Numbered from the stretch's first letter, positions 10,487 through 21,360 are shown. The stretch is 64,000 nt of DNA from an uncultured Actinomycetes bacterium (GCA_963706025.1 CAVPLM010000005.1:320001-384000), one strand, 5' to 3'. Numbers and translations: made by a program. Notes: a model not told the origin generated them from the sequence alone.

Positions 10487-11032
10487 ATGAACGAGCGCGA
10501 GGGCCGGGTGATTCTGGGGCTCGATCCGGGGACGGCGGCCACCGGTTTCGGTGTGATCTCCGTGTCCGGGAATCGTTTGAGGGCCCTCGAATTCGGAGTG
10601 GTGGAGACCCCGGCAGGACTTCCGTTGGAGCGACGGCTCGAGCAGATCTACGGTGAGGTGGGTGGACTTCTCCGTCGTCACCGCCCCATGGCCACCGCTG
10701 TGGAGTCGCTTTTCTTCAACACCAATGTCCGGACGGCACTGGCCGTGGGGCATGCTCGAGGCGTGACGCTGCTCGCATGTTCCCAGGCGGGCTGCGAGGT
10801 CTTCGAGTACACCCCACAGCAGGTCAAGCAGGCGGTGGTGGGTTACGGAAAGGCCGGCAAGGAACAGGTGATGGAGATGGTGCGCGTGCTCCTTGCCTTG
10901 TCCGAAACACCACGTCCCGACCATGCCGCGGATGCTTTGGGCGTGGCCATCTGCCATGCGAACACGTGTGAAATGCGGGAGAGCATAGCCCGCAGCCAGG
11001 CGCGGAGCCTTGCAGATGGGTCGATTCGATGA
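10487..11032 (+). CDS. ruvC: Holliday junction resolvase RuvC
   Basis: ILGLDPG, EYTPQQVKQAVVGYGKA, DHAADALGVA. Confidence 0.96.
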   Translation: MNEREGRVILGLDPGTAATGFGVISVSGNRLRALEFGVVETPAGLPLERRLEQIYGEVGGLLRRHRPMATAVESLFFNTNVRTALAVGHARGVTLLACSQAGCEVFEYTPQQVKQAVVGYGKAGKEQVMEMVRVLLALSETPRPDHAADALGVAICHANTCEMRESIARSQARSLADGSIR

Positions 11033-11619
11033 TCGAGCGGCTAACGGGAGCGGTCGCAGCCAAGACCGAAGACGGCGTGGTCCTCGATGTAGGTGGGGTG
11101 GGCTTTCTTCTGGAGGTCTCTGGGATCACCCTGCGCGACGTGCCGGGACTGGGGATAGACGTGATCCTTTTCACCCACCTGCACGTGCGCGAAGATGCCC
11201 TGCAGTTGTTCGGGTTCTCTTCCGAGGAAGAGCGGGGGCTGTTCCGCCTCTTCTTAGGGGTCAGCAAGATCGGACCGAGGCTGGCCCTGGCGGCGTGCTC
11301 GTGCCGGCGCCCCTCCGATCTGAAGCGGGCCCTGGCTGCGGGCGACGTGGCTCTGTTCGCCTCGGTGCCCGGGATCGGCAAGAAGACCGCCGAGCGGCTC
11401 ATCCTGGAGCTGCGCGAGAAGGTGAGCGTGCCCGGGTTCACGCTCTCCGCGGGCGAGCCGGGGGTAGCCTTCGTCGAAGACGGCTCCTTCCCCTTGGCGC
11501 GGGCGGCGCTCGTGGAGCTAGGTTTCGGCGTCCAAGAAGCTGAAAGGCTGCTGGCGACGCTCGATCCGGATCAACCGGTGGAGGACTTGGTGCGGCAGGC
11601 GCTCGGGAGGCGGCTGTAG
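11029..11619 (+). CDS. ruvA: Holliday junction branch migration protein RuvA
   Basis: HLHVREDA, VPGIGKKTAERLILEL. Confidence 0.96.
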   Translation: MIERLTGAVAAKTEDGVVLDVGGVGFLLEVSGITLRDVPGLGIDVILFTHLHVREDALQLFGFSSEEERGLFRLFLGVSKIGPRLALAACSCRRPSDLKRALAAGDVALFASVPGIGKKTAERLILELREKVSVPGFTLSAGEPGVAFVEDGSFPLARAALVELGFGVQEAERLLATLDPDQPVEDLVRQALGRRL

Positions 11620-11691
11620 CGGTCAGGCCGGCCGCTGACGGGGCATGGGGAAGACCGCGGATCAAGGCGCGACCAAGAGAAGGGTGGGGGA

Positions 11692-12732
11692 GTGACGGAC
11701 GGCGAGAGGTTGGCGGATCCGGAGGAGATCCCGCAGGAGCAGGAGCTCGAGCGTTCCCTGCGTCCCCGGTCGCTTGGAGCTTTCGTGGGACAGCCGGTCC
11801 TGAGGGAGCAATTGCAGATCTTCATCGAAGCGGCGAAGTCGCGAGGGGAACCGCTCGACCACGTGCTTCTGGCCGGCCCCCCCGGTCTGGGCAAGACCAC
11901 ACTCGCGAACATCATCGCCATCGAGATGGGGGTCAACATCGTCACCACCTCGGGGCCGGCTCTGGAGCGGAAGGCAGATATGGCCGCCATCCTCACCCAT
12001 CTGCAGGAAGCGGACGTCCTCTTCATTGACGAGATCCATCGCCTCAATCGCTCCATCGAAGAGATCCTCTATCCAGCGATGGAGGATTTCGAGATCGACA
12101 TCGTGATCGGCCAAGGACCCAGCGCGCGCACCATCAGGCTGGAACTGCCCCGGTTCACCCTCATCGGCGCCACCACTCGTTCGGGTCTGATCACAACTCC
12201 GCTCCGCGACCGGTTCGGTTTCTCCCACCGGCTCGACTATTACTCCGTGGACGACCTCGTGGTGATCGTGGCCCGCTCGGCGGAGATCCTGGGAGTAGGG
12301 ATCGATGAGGCCGGCGCCCAAGAACTGGCTCTGCGCTCCCGGGGGACGCCCCGTATCGTCAACCGGCTGCTCAAGCGGGTGCGGGACTACGCGCAGGTCC
12401 GCCACCAAGGCAGCATCACGGGCGAGATCGCGCTGGAGGCGCTGCATCTCTTCGAAGTCGACGATGAGGGCCTCGACCGAGTGGACCGGGAGATCCTCAA
12501 TCTCATCCTGCACAAGTTCGACGGCGGCCCGGTAGGGCTCTCCACGCTGGCGGTGGCCATCGGTGAGGAGGCCGACACCATCGAAGACGTGTACGAGCCG
12601 TTTCTTCTCCAACGGGGCTTTCTCATGCGCACTCCCCGCGGGCGGGTGCTCACCCGGCTGGGCTACGAGCACTGCGGGGCCGTTCCGCCTCGAGAGGCGC
12701 AAACGACCCGGCCGGACACCCTGTTCGGCTAA
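11692..12732 (+). CDS. ruvB: Holliday junction helicase RuvB
   Basis: [28 protein letters not shown]. Confidence 0.97.
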   Translation: MTDGERLADPEEIPQEQELERSLRPRSLGAFVGQPVLREQLQIFIEAAKSRGEPLDHVLLAGPPGLGKTTLANIIAIEMGVNIVTTSGPALERKADMAAILTHLQEADVLFIDEIHRLNRSIEEILYPAMEDFEIDIVIGQGPSARTIRLELPRFTLIGATTRSGLITTPLRDRFGFSHRLDYYSVDDLVVIVARSAEILGVGIDEAGAQELALRSRGTPRIVNRLLKRVRDYAQVRHQGSITGEIALEALHLFEVDDEGLDRVDREILNLILHKFDGGPVGLSTLAVAIGEEADTIEDVYEPFLLQRGFLMRTPRGRVLTRLGYEHCGAVPPREAQTTRPDTLFG

Positions 12733-12756
12733 GAGTCCCGGTCCACGCATGCGCTC

Positions 12757-13311
12757 ATGAAGCTGCTCCTCCACGTCTGTTGCGGTCCTTGTGCCAGCGC
12801 CACCATCCCTTGGTGGCGGACAAACGTCGCTGAGGTGGTCGGCTTCTTCCACAATCCCAACATCCACCCGCTGCTCGAGTATCGCCGCAGGCTCACGGGC
12901 GCCCGCGACGTCGCTCAGATGATGGCGATGCCTCTCATCGAGGACAAGGCTTACGACCCGGAGGAATGGTTCGCCCGGGTCGCGGGCGGCGTTGACGCCC
13001 GCAGCCGGGGCGAAGCAGGGTCAAGATGCGCCCGTTGTATCGGCCAACGGCTGGAGAGGGCGGCGGCTCAGGCGGTCGCCGAGGGCTGCGACGCGTTCTC
13101 CACCACTCTCGCTATCAGCCCTTGGCAGGACCACGAGGCCATACGAGCTGGAGGAGAGCAGGCCGCCCGGATCCACGAGGTCGAGTTCGCCTACGAGGAC
13201 CTGCGCCCGCTGTATCCGGAATCCCGCCGCCTGAGCCGGGAATGGGGGGTGTACCGGCAGAAATACTGCGGCTGCCTGGTGTCCGAGTGGGAGCGGTACC
13301 GTGAGTCTTGA
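12757..13311 (+). CDS. queH: Epoxyqueuosine reductase QueH (DUF208)
   Basis: LLHVCCGPC, NPNIHP, CARC, YRQKYCGC. Confidence 0.92.
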   Translation: MKLLLHVCCGPCASATIPWWRTNVAEVVGFFHNPNIHPLLEYRRRLTGARDVAQMMAMPLIEDKAYDPEEWFARVAGGVDARSRGEAGSRCARCIGQRLERAAAQAVAEGCDAFSTTLAISPWQDHEAIRAGGEQAARIHEVEFAYEDLRPLYPESRRLSREWGVYRQKYCGCLVSEWERYRES

Positions 13312-13519
13312 GGCCGTCGCGAAGATCGTCCTCGCTATCGGCGCGGGAGTGCTGGTGCTGGGGGGCATCCTGTTCCTTCTTGCGAAGTTGGGCTTGACCA
13401 GCATCCCGGGGGACTTCGTCTATCGGGGTAAGAATGTCACCGTCTACATCCCCATCGGGCTCATGATCCTGGTCAGCGTCCTTGCCTCTCTCTTCATGCA
13501 CTTCTTCTTCCGTCGCTGA
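13301..13519 (+). CDS. DUF2905 small membrane protein
   Basis: PGDF...YIPI motif with two TM helices. Typical position between ruvB and queA. Confidence 0.85.
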   Translation: MSLEAVAKIVLAIGAGVLVLGGILFLLAKLGLTSIPGDFVYRGKNVTVYIPIGLMILVSVLASLFMHFFFRR

Positions 13520-13535
13520 AGCCGGGTTCCGTGAC

Positions 13536-14624
13536 GTGCGCTTAGAAGAGCTCGATTTCGATATCCCGGAGGCGCTTATCGCCCAGTCTCCCATGGAGCC
13601 CCGGGATTCGTGCCGCCTCATGCACCTGCTCGCGGATGGCGGTTGCCACCACGCGGTGTTCTCCGACCTCCCCGGCCGCCTCACTGCAGGAGACACTCTC
13701 GTCTTCAACGACTCTCGCGTCCTGCCGGCGCGCTTGCGCGCGCAGAAGACCACCGGAGGCGTCGTGGAACTGCTTCTTCTCAGGCCGGCAGACGGTGAGA
13801 ACGCGGCCGAGGGAGAGCTGTGGGAGGCACTGGCGCGTCCCTCTCATCGGCTGCACCCCGGGGAGCGACTGACCCTGTCCGGAGGTGAGCAGCTGACGCT
13901 CTGGGGCCTCCTCGGCGAAGGACGCTGGGTGGTGGAAGGTCCCCCCGGTCGCTCGCTTGTCGCGATCATGGAGGCCGAAGGACGCCTTCCCCTGCCGCCT
14001 TACATCAAGACTTATCCCGAAGAACCGTCCAGCTATCAGACCGTCTACGCCTCGGTGCCGGGATCTTCGGCCGCACCTACTGCCGGTCTTCATTTCACAC
14101 CGGGTCTGTTGGAACGCCTCGACCGGGGGGGAGTGAACTCCGCCTACGTGACTTTGCACGTGGGGCTGGATACCTTCCAGCCCATCCGAGAGCAGGTCGT
14201 CGAGCAACACCGAATCCATCGGGAGACCTACAGCGTCAGCCCTGAAGCGCTGCGCACCATTCGCGCCACCGTTGTTTCGGGGAGTCGCCTCGTGGCCGTC
14301 GGGACCACCGCCTCCAGGGTGTTGGAAACGCTGGCCCGTGACGGGCTCCTCGACGATGCGAGGCCTCCGGTCCCGGTGTGTGGCTCCACCGACATCTTCA
14401 TCACTCCCGGATATCGATTCCAGGCCGTTGACGTGCTCCTCACCAACCTCCACCTGCCGCGTAGCACGGTCTTGCTGATGACTATGGCTTTTGCCGGGGT
14501 CGATCGTCTCCGGCTGGCCTATGCCGAGGCTATCCAGCGCGGGTACCGCTTCTTCAGTTTCGGAGACGCCATGCTGATCGAACCCCTGGTCCCGCGGACG
14601 TCGAGCCGCCAGGAGGGAATGTGA
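13536..14624 (+). CDS. queA: SAM:tRNA ribosyltransferase-isomerase
   Basis: PLPPYI, YQTVYA, AAPTAGLHF, GYRFFSFGDAM. GTG start at 13536. Confidence 0.95.
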   Translation: MRLEELDFDIPEALIAQSPMEPRDSCRLMHLLADGGCHHAVFSDLPGRLTAGDTLVFNDSRVLPARLRAQKTTGGVVELLLLRPADGENAAEGELWEALARPSHRLHPGERLTLSGGEQLTLWGLLGEGRWVVEGPPGRSLVAIMEAEGRLPLPPYIKTYPEEPSSYQTVYASVPGSSAAPTAGLHFTPGLLERLDRGGVNSAYVTLHVGLDTFQPIREQVVEQHRIHRETYSVSPEALRTIRATVVSGSRLVAVGTTASRVLETLARDGLLDDARPPVPVCGSTDIFITPGYRFQAVDVLLTNLHLPRSTVLLMTMAFAGVDRLRLAYAEAIQRGYRFFSFGDAMLIEPLVPRTSSRQEGM

Positions 14625-15763
14625 GACTCCTTGACGGCCTGCCGGACTTCCCGTTCACGATAGAGGCGCGCGACGGAGCCGCCAGGGCCGGCGTGCTCGA
14701 GACTCCGCGCGGAGCCGTGCTTACACCGTGCTTCATGCCGGTCGGAACCAAGGGGACGGTCAAGGCCATCGCCCCCGAGCGTTTGCGTATGGTGGGAGTG
14801 CAGATCATTCTGGCCAACACCTACCACCTGGCGCTCCGACCCGGGAGTGAGGTCGTCCGCCGCCTCGGGGGGCTGCACCGGTTCATGCAGTGGGACGGTC
14901 CTATACTGACCGACAGTGGGGGATATCAGGTCTTCAGTCTACGGGATACGGCGCGGATCGATGACGCGAGCGTGACCTTCCGTTCCATATATGACGGTTC
15001 CAAGCATGTGTTCACGCCCGAGCGGGCCGTCGCCGAGCAGCAGGCTCTGGGCGCCGACATCATCACGTGTCTCGATCAGTGCCCGCCGGGAACGGCGTCT
15101 CTCTCCGAGGTGAAGGAAGCTGTGGAGCGGACCTCCCGGTGGGCCGAGCGCTGCAAGCACGCGCACCAGGAAACGAGTGGCCGGGGGACCGACGGTCCGC
15201 AGATGCTCCTGGGGATCGCGCAAGGGGGAGTGGTGCCGGAATTGCGCCGGGAGAGCGTGGCCCGGCTTACCGACATCGGCTTCGCAGCCTACGCCATCGG
15301 CGGCCTCACCGTCGGCGAGGACCGGGCGGCGATGCTCGACACCACTGCACTGACGGCCTCTCTTCTTCCGGAGGACAGGCTCCGCTATTTCATGGGCATC
15401 GGCGACCCGGAGGGTCTGGTCGAGGTGATAGCGCGGGGGGTCGATGTGTTCGACTGTGTGCTTCCCACCCGGACGGCCCGGATGGGGACGGCGTTCACAA
15501 GCGCCGGACGGCTCAACCTGCGCAACGCCGCCAATACCCTATCCAAGGAGCCGTTGGAAGAAGACTGCCCTTGCACCGCCTGCCAGGGCTTCTCGCGGGG
15601 AGCGATTCGCCATCTGGTGATGCAGAAAGAGATCCTGGGGCTGATGCTGCTCACCGAGCACAACCTCACCTTCCTCACCCGGCTGGTCACTGCGGCCAGA
15701 GAAGCGATCGTGGCGGGCCGTTTTGCCTCCTTTCGGGATGGCCTGGACGCCGTCGCGTGCTAA
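14621..15763 (+). CDS. tgt: Queuine/preQ1 tRNA-guanine transglycosylase
   Basis: FMPVGT, NTYHL, TDSGGYQ, FDCVLPTR, Zn site CPCTAC. Confidence 0.97.
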   Translation: MRLLDGLPDFPFTIEARDGAARAGVLETPRGAVLTPCFMPVGTKGTVKAIAPERLRMVGVQIILANTYHLALRPGSEVVRRLGGLHRFMQWDGPILTDSGGYQVFSLRDTARIDDASVTFRSIYDGSKHVFTPERAVAEQQALGADIITCLDQCPPGTASLSEVKEAVERTSRWAERCKHAHQETSGRGTDGPQMLLGIAQGGVVPELRRESVARLTDIGFAAYAIGGLTVGEDRAAMLDTTALTASLLPEDRLRYFMGIGDPEGLVEVIARGVDVFDCVLPTRTARMGTAFTSAGRLNLRNAANTLSKEPLEEDCPCTACQGFSRGAIRHLVMQKEILGLMLLTEHNLTFLTRLVTAAREAIVAGRFASFRDGLDAVAC

Positions 15764-15836
15764 GATACGCTTTCATGCGTACGGGCCCCGTTTCCGTCCC
15801 GATAGTATGCGGACGGTTCTTGAGAAGGAGGAGAGT

Positions 15837-16313
15837 TTGAGCAGTTCAGCAGGGATGTTAATCATCTATGTGGTTGCCTTTATCGCCATCTTCTACTTCA
15901 TGGCGATCAGGCCCCAACAAAGACAGCGCAAGGCACACCAAGCCGTGCTCTCCGCATTGAAGAAAGGTGACCGTATCGTCACCGCGGCCGGCATCTACGG
16001 GACGGTCAAACGGGTCGAGGACAACATCGTGGTGGTCGAGGTTGCGAAAGGCGTGTCCATGAAGGTCGCCCGCCGGGCTGTTGCCGAGATCATCAGAGAT
16101 CAGGCCGAGATCCGGGCCGCCGCGCCGGAGGGGACCGCCGGCCGGGGCAAAGCTGCCCTCGCTGAGATCGAGGAAGTCTCCACTGCTGACGAGGTGGAGC
16201 CCGCCGAGGCATTCTCCGCAGACGACCCCGGGGAGGCGTCCGCCACTGAAGAGGCACCGGCCGATGAGTCCGCCGCGTCGCAGTCGAACGGTTCCAAGAA
16301 GAGCGACGGATAG
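15837..16313 (+). CDS. yajC: Preprotein translocase subunit YajC with acidic C-terminal tail
   Basis: FYFMAIRPQQ, LKKGDRIVTAAGIYGTV. AAGGAGG RBS before TTG 15837. Confidence 0.9.
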   Translation: MSSSAGMLIIYVVAFIAIFYFMAIRPQQRQRKAHQAVLSALKKGDRIVTAAGIYGTVKRVEDNIVVVEVAKGVSMKVARRAVAEIIRDQAEIRAAAPEGTAGRGKAALAEIEEVSTADEVEPAEAFSADDPGEASATEEAPADESAASQSNGSKKSDG

Positions 16314-16394
16314 CGTCAGGCGAATCGAAGGCCAAGGCCTCGTCCTGGGGTCCACTGCGTGGCCGGGTCGTCGAAAGCACCGTCCCTGGAACCT

Positions 16395-16416
16395 GCGCTC
16401 TTACGGGGCGTTTTTT
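16395..16416 (+). terminator. Intrinsic terminator-like hairpin between yajC and secD
   Basis: GCGCTC-TTAC-GGGGCG followed by T6. Confidence 0.5.
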
Positions 16417-16477
16417 GCGTTACCGGTATGTGACCGCTGGATCTGTAATCGAACCGCTCCTTTAGGAAGGTGCGCCC

Positions 16478-17899
16478 TTGTCCAGAATAAGACGTGACGC
16501 CGGGATACTCGTGCTGGTGGTGATCCTGCTCGGAGTCGCCGCTTATTTTGCCTTCCCGGTATCAAAGACCAACCTCGGGCTCGATCTTCAGGGAGGCCTG
16601 TCGGTCATACTCCAGGCCCCCGAAGGTACCAGCAGCGACGATATGGACCAGGCGCTGGATATCATCCAGAACCGGGTCAACAAGCTGGGCGTCGCTGAAC
16701 CCGAGATCCAGCGGCAGGGCACGGACAAGATCAGCGTCCAACTTCCGGGGATCGATAATCCCCAGCAGGCGCTTGACATCATCGGCAAGACGGCAGTGCT
16801 CGAATTCCACGAGGTGAGCGACTTCGGCGAAGCGTATTCGAGTGAGGCAGATGCACTGGCCGCGGCGGGGGTTGCTTCTCAGCAGGAGTTGGATGCCCTC
16901 CCGGGGTATAACCAGATCGTCTACTGGCCGGCAGCTGAGTCAGGGACCGGTACCGAACAGTGGTTCCTGGTGACGGCTGAACCGGAGTTGACCGGGGCGA
17001 GGCTCACCGGCGCCCAAGTGGGCTACGACCAGTTCAACAACCCCAAGGTCGACATGCAGTTCGACGACGAGGGTGCCCAGCTCTTCTCCGAGATCACCGG
17101 TAAGCTGGCCGAGACCTCCCAGATCACCGGCGAGGACCAGTTGTTGGCTATCGTTCTCGACGGCAACGTCGAATCGGCCCCGCGTGTGTTGGAGCAGATC
17201 GACGGTGGCGAGGCGGAGATCACGGGCAAGTTCACCATGGACGAAGCCAAGAACCTCGCCCTGGTCCTGCAGACCGGTGCTCTGCCTGTCGAACTCACGT
17301 CGGTGAGCCAGAACTTGATCGGGGCCACTCTCGGTCAGGCGGCTCTGGAGCAGGCTCTCATCGCCGGTGCCGTCGGCCTGCTGCTCATCTTCGTCTTCAT
17401 GATCGCCTACTACCGGCTGCTGGGGGTGGTTGCGAGCTTCGCCCTCCTCATCTATGGAGTGCTCTTCCTTGGCATCCTCAACGGCATCGGGGTGACCATG
17501 ACCCTTCCCGGCATCGCGGGGATCATCTTGACTCTGGGGATGGCGGTGGACGCCAATGTGCTCATCTTCGCCCGCATGAGAGACGAAGTGGCTGCGGGCA
17601 AGTCCATCGGCGCGGCGACCAGCGCGGGATTCAGGAAGGCCTTCCGGGCCGTTTTCGACTGCAACATGACCACTATCCTGACGGCCATCATACTGTTCTG
17701 GGCCGCGTCCGGGGGAGTCAAGGGCTTCGCGCTCACTCTCGGGGTAGGGGTAGCCCTCTCCATGTTCACCGCGGTCCTGGTGACCCGCTCCCTGTTGATG
17801 CTGCTCGCCATGTGGAAACCGTTCCGCAGCCCGAAGCTGCTCGGGCTACACGTCCCCAAGAGCAAGATCGTCCCCGTGGATGAAGGGGGGCGGTCGTGA
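16478..17899 (+). CDS. secD: Protein translocase subunit SecD
   Basis: LGLDLQGG, GALPV, GMAVDANV, GGVKGFA. Confidence 0.96.
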   Translation: MSRIRRDAGILVLVVILLGVAAYFAFPVSKTNLGLDLQGGLSVILQAPEGTSSDDMDQALDIIQNRVNKLGVAEPEIQRQGTDKISVQLPGIDNPQQALDIIGKTAVLEFHEVSDFGEAYSSEADALAAAGVASQQELDALPGYNQIVYWPAAESGTGTEQWFLVTAEPELTGARLTGAQVGYDQFNNPKVDMQFDDEGAQLFSEITGKLAETSQITGEDQLLAIVLDGNVESAPRVLEQIDGGEAEITGKFTMDEAKNLALVLQTGALPVELTSVSQNLIGATLGQAALEQALIAGAVGLLLIFVFMIAYYRLLGVVASFALLIYGVLFLGILNGIGVTMTLPGIAGIILTLGMAVDANVLIFARMRDEVAAGKSIGAATSAGFRKAFRAVFDCNMTTILTAIILFWAASGGVKGFALTLGVGVALSMFTAVLVTRSLLMLLAMWKPFRSPKLLGLHVPKSKIVPVDEGGRS

Positions 17900-18997
17900 G
17901 GATGTTTCATTTCATGCGCTACAAGTGGTGGTTCCTTGGTTCTCTGACCGCCGTCACCGTGTTTGCTTTCGTGTTCGTCTTCGCTGTGGGTTTCGATCTC
18001 GGCATCGACTTCCGCGGCGGGGTGAGGATGGAAGTGACCGTGGAGCAGCCCGCGACGGTCGACGAGGTTCGCACGGTGGTGACGGAGGCGGGTGTCAAAG
18101 AGCCGGTGGTCCAATCGGTCACGGGAGCCGGGGGCGGCGACTCCTTCTTGATCACGGCTGAGGAAATGTCCCAGGAGCAGGTCGATCAGATCATCGCCGA
18201 TCTGGATGCTGAGTACGGGGTGGAGGAAGGTTCCGTGGGGGTGGAGACCGTAGGAGCCAGCTTCGGCCAGGAGACCACCAACAGGACCTTCATCGCCATC
18301 GCGATCGCGGTGATCGTCATAGTTGCCTATCTGACCTTGCGCTTTGAGATCAAGTTCGCCCTTCCGGCCATCGTCGCCCTCATCCACGATGTCGGTCTCA
18401 CCCTGGGGATATACGCGGCCAGCAACCGTCTGGTCACGGCGGCCACGGTCGCCGCCATCCTCACCATCCTGGGTTACTCGGTTCATGACACGATCATCGT
18501 TTTCGACCGGATGCGCGAGAACACTCCGCTCATGAAGAAGGAAACATACGGAGACATGGTCGACCTTTCCATCAGCCAGACCATGATCCGGTCCATCAAC
18601 ACGACCATCGCTCTGCTGCTGCCGTTGGTGGCCATCCTTATCTTCGGCGGCCCTACCCTCAAAGACTTCGCCATGGCCCTCACGATCGGGGTCGTAGCGG
18701 GTACGTACTCCTCGTTCTTCGTGGCCGCCCCCTTGGTAGTCATTTGGAAAGAACGGGAGCCGCGCTATCGCAAGCGCTTGGCCGCTGCCGGAGCCGTTGG
18801 GGCGGCTGGTGGTCGACGTGGGCGCCGGTGCCACGGATGCCGGCGCACCCGCGCTGGAGCTCGCGACCCCGGCCGGAGCGACGGCCGCGGCGGGTGCGTC
18901 CGGCAAGCCGGCGCAGGCCAAGGTTTCGCAGAAGTCCAAGAAAGGGAAGACCTCCAAACGACCGGCAGCAAAGAATCCCAAGCGGACAGCTCGCTAG
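17896..18997 (+). CDS. secF: Protein translocase subunit SecF (apparent extra G at 18799-18802 in the C-terminal tail)
   Basis: GIDFRGG, GYSVHDTIIVFDRMRE, GTYSSFFVA. The corrected frame gives a Lys-rich tail ending at TAG 18997, just before the next RBS. Confidence 0.92.
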
Positions 18998-19010
18998 AGA
19001 GGAGAACGCC

Positions 19011-19433
19011 GTGGAGGAACAGTCTGGTCCTGAAGTCGAGCAGGAGTCCTTGGGCTCCACCAGCCAGAGCGTCAGAGATCTGATCGAGCGCGTGTTTCTG
19101 TTGGGCGTCGGTGCTGCCGCACTGACCAAAGACCGGGTGCAGGAGCTGGTGGAGGAGCTTGTCCGGCGTGGTCAGCTCAGTGGCGAAGAAGGTCGAGAGG
19201 TGGCCGACAGACTAGTCGCGCGAAGCCGGGAAGAGGCTCGGGCGGCCGCCAAGAGGGCCGATTCTTCGCTGCAGGGAGCGTATCGCGAGATCGGTCTGGT
19301 CACGAGACGCGAGGTCGAGGACATCGAGTTCCGGCTGCGGCAGCTCGAACACCGGGTGCAGCTGCTGGAGGCTGCCGAAGACGCCGCTTCGAGCCCGGCG
19401 GCCGGCTCTGCGGAGGTATCTTCCACCTCCTGA
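19011..19433 (+). CDS. Phasin/PhaF-like coiled-coil protein
   Basis: LLGVGAAALTKDR...RGQLS.EEG...LVTRREVE. GAGGAG RBS before GTG 19011. Confidence 0.8.
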   Translation: MEEQSGPEVEQESLGSTSQSVRDLIERVFLLGVGAAALTKDRVQELVEELVRRGQLSGEEGREVADRLVARSREEARAAAKRADSSLQGAYREIGLVTRREVEDIEFRLRQLEHRVQLLEAAEDAASSPAAGSAEVSSTS

Positions 19434-19492
19434 GCAGCCGCGGGGTCTGACCGGCGGCTGTCCGAAGTGAAGCGAGCCGGCGGGCGACAGAT

Positions 19493-21196
19493 ATGGGTCT
19501 GCGCGGGGAGGTCCGAGTGCAGCCGTCCCAAGTGAGGCATGCGAGTCTCATGGCCCGTATCCGCAACATGGAACGGATACGGGAGATCTCCGAGGTCGCG
19601 GTCCGGCATGGCTTCGGGTATTTCTTCGAGCGTCACCGTCTTCTTGGCTCGATTCCCCGCAGACGCCGACAGGACCCTCAGCTTCCCGCTCAGCGGGGCC
19701 GCCACATCCGGGAGATGCTGGACGAGCTGGGGCCCACCTTCGTGAAGTTCGGGCAACTGCTCAGCACGCGTCCAGACATCGTGCCCGCCGACATAGTCCA
19801 GGAGCTGGTCAAGCTTCAGGACCGGGTCACCCCCGTACCGTTCGCGACGGTGCGGCAGGTTGTGGAGGCAGAACTGGGACTGACGCTGGCCCGCGCCTTC
19901 GAGAGCTTCGATTCCGAGCCGCTTGCCGCGGCGTCCATCGGACAGGTACACGGGGCCGTCCTGCCCGGAGGGCAGCGGGTCGTGGTCAAGGTGCAGCGAC
20001 CCGGCGCGGCTCGACAGATACCCAAGGATATCGATCTCCTCTACCAGGTCGCCGAGATGCTCGAAGGGCGCATCGAGCTAGGTGTTTCCGCGACGAGCGT
20101 AGTGCAGGAGTTCGCTCGGAACATCAACCGCGAGCTCGACTACGTCCTGGAGGCGCGGAACGCAGAGCGATTCGGTACCAACTTCAAGGATTCCGACAGC
20201 GTCCGGATACCCGGCGTCTATTGGCGGTATTGCAGCAAGCGCGTCCTCACCCTCGAGCGCATCGACGGCCCCACGCTCAACACGCCCGAAGTCCTGAACC
20301 TGCCGGTCGAGGAACGCAAGGCCCTGGCGGAGGCTATCACCGATTGTTGGTTCAAGCAGATACTCCACGACGGCTTTTTCCACGCCGACCCCCATCCGGC
20401 GAACATCGTCTATCTGGGGGTAGGAAGGCTGGGATTGCTGGACTTCGGGATGGCCGGCTTCCTGCGCCGCGAAGATCTGGAGGAAGGGGTGCGGCTGTTT
20501 CTGCACGTGATGCAGTCAGACGTGCTCGGCATCAAACGGTCGCTGAAGCGTCTCGGAGTGCACTGGACCCCGTCGGCGGACGAGGCCGTCACTCAGTCCA
20601 TCGAAGAGGGTTTCAGCCGCTACTTCGGCATGTCGCTCGCCAATATCGACGTGTCGTCGCTGCTCCATCAGGTGTTCGACATCGTCTACTCCCTCCAACT
20701 GCGCCTCCCGAGCCGGTTTCTTCTTCTCGACAAGGCTCTGCTCACTATGGAGGGCGTGGTCAGTCAGTTGTACCCGGACCTCGATTTCTTCGCTAACGCT
20801 CGCGGCTACGCAAACGCGCTGCAACGGCAGCGTCTCGATCCCAGGTTGATCTCGGACCGCATCCAGCGCTATGCGGGCGAATACGCGCAGTTGTTGCGCG
20901 ATTATCCCTTGCAGCTGCACGACATCCTGGAGGAAGCTCGCGACGGTGAGATAGAGATCAAGTTCCGGCACACGGGCCTGGAGAGCATGATGCACCGGCT
21001 GGATAGCATCACCAACCGGTTGGTCGTCGCTGTGGTCTGCGTCGGTCTGGGCCTCGCCAGCACGGCCGTGGCGGTGATGGTCGAGGAAGGTCCGCACATC
21101 GGGGGGCTGTCGGTCTGGGGACTGCCTGGATTCATCGGCTCTCTATTCTTTGGCGCCTGGCTGGTATATGCCATCATCCGTTCGGGGAGGCTCTGA
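19493..21196 (+). CDS. AarF/ABC1/UbiB family atypical kinase
   Basis: LGPTFVKFGQ, AAASIGQVH, VKVQRP, FHADPHPAN, LDFGM, C-terminal TM helices. Start may be ATG 19550. Confidence 0.92.
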   Translation: MGLRGEVRVQPSQVRHASLMARIRNMERIREISEVAVRHGFGYFFERHRLLGSIPRRRRQDPQLPAQRGRHIREMLDELGPTFVKFGQLLSTRPDIVPADIVQELVKLQDRVTPVPFATVRQVVEAELGLTLARAFESFDSEPLAAASIGQVHGAVLPGGQRVVVKVQRPGAARQIPKDIDLLYQVAEMLEGRIELGVSATSVVQEFARNINRELDYVLEARNAERFGTNFKDSDSVRIPGVYWRYCSKRVLTLERIDGPTLNTPEVLNLPVEERKALAEAITDCWFKQILHDGFFHADPHPANIVYLGVGRLGLLDFGMAGFLRREDLEEGVRLFLHVMQSDVLGIKRSLKRLGVHWTPSADEAVTQSIEEGFSRYFGMSLANIDVSSLLHQVFDIVYSLQLRLPSRFLLLDKALLTMEGVVSQLYPDLDFFANARGYANALQRQRLDPRLISDRIQRYAGEYAQLLRDYPLQLHDILEEARDGEIEIKFRHTGLESMMHRLDSITNRLVVAVVCVGLGLASTAVAVMVEEGPHIGGLSVWGLPGFIGSLFFGAWLVYAIIRSGRL

Positions 21197-21360
21197 CTCC
21201 CTCGGCGCACGTTTCCCCGCGTTACGCCGTCCTTCGTGCTCGGTATAGTGTACGGAGGATAGTGACCCGTCAATGACCATCGGGGCGGCCGCGCGAGCTG
21301 CCGCCCGGCTCGACGAGTGATTGGAGAGCGCTGGCTCCCTCAGACCCCACTGCATGGGCG

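Noticed and set aside
16330-16395. Known riboswitch upstream of secD
   Set aside because: No match by eye to c-di-GMP, ZTP, SAM or T-box cores
21273-21360. Seventh frameshift extending recJ to ATG 21273
   Set aside because: Possible via the G4 run at 21282-21285, but no conserved residues support it and RBS spacing is poor
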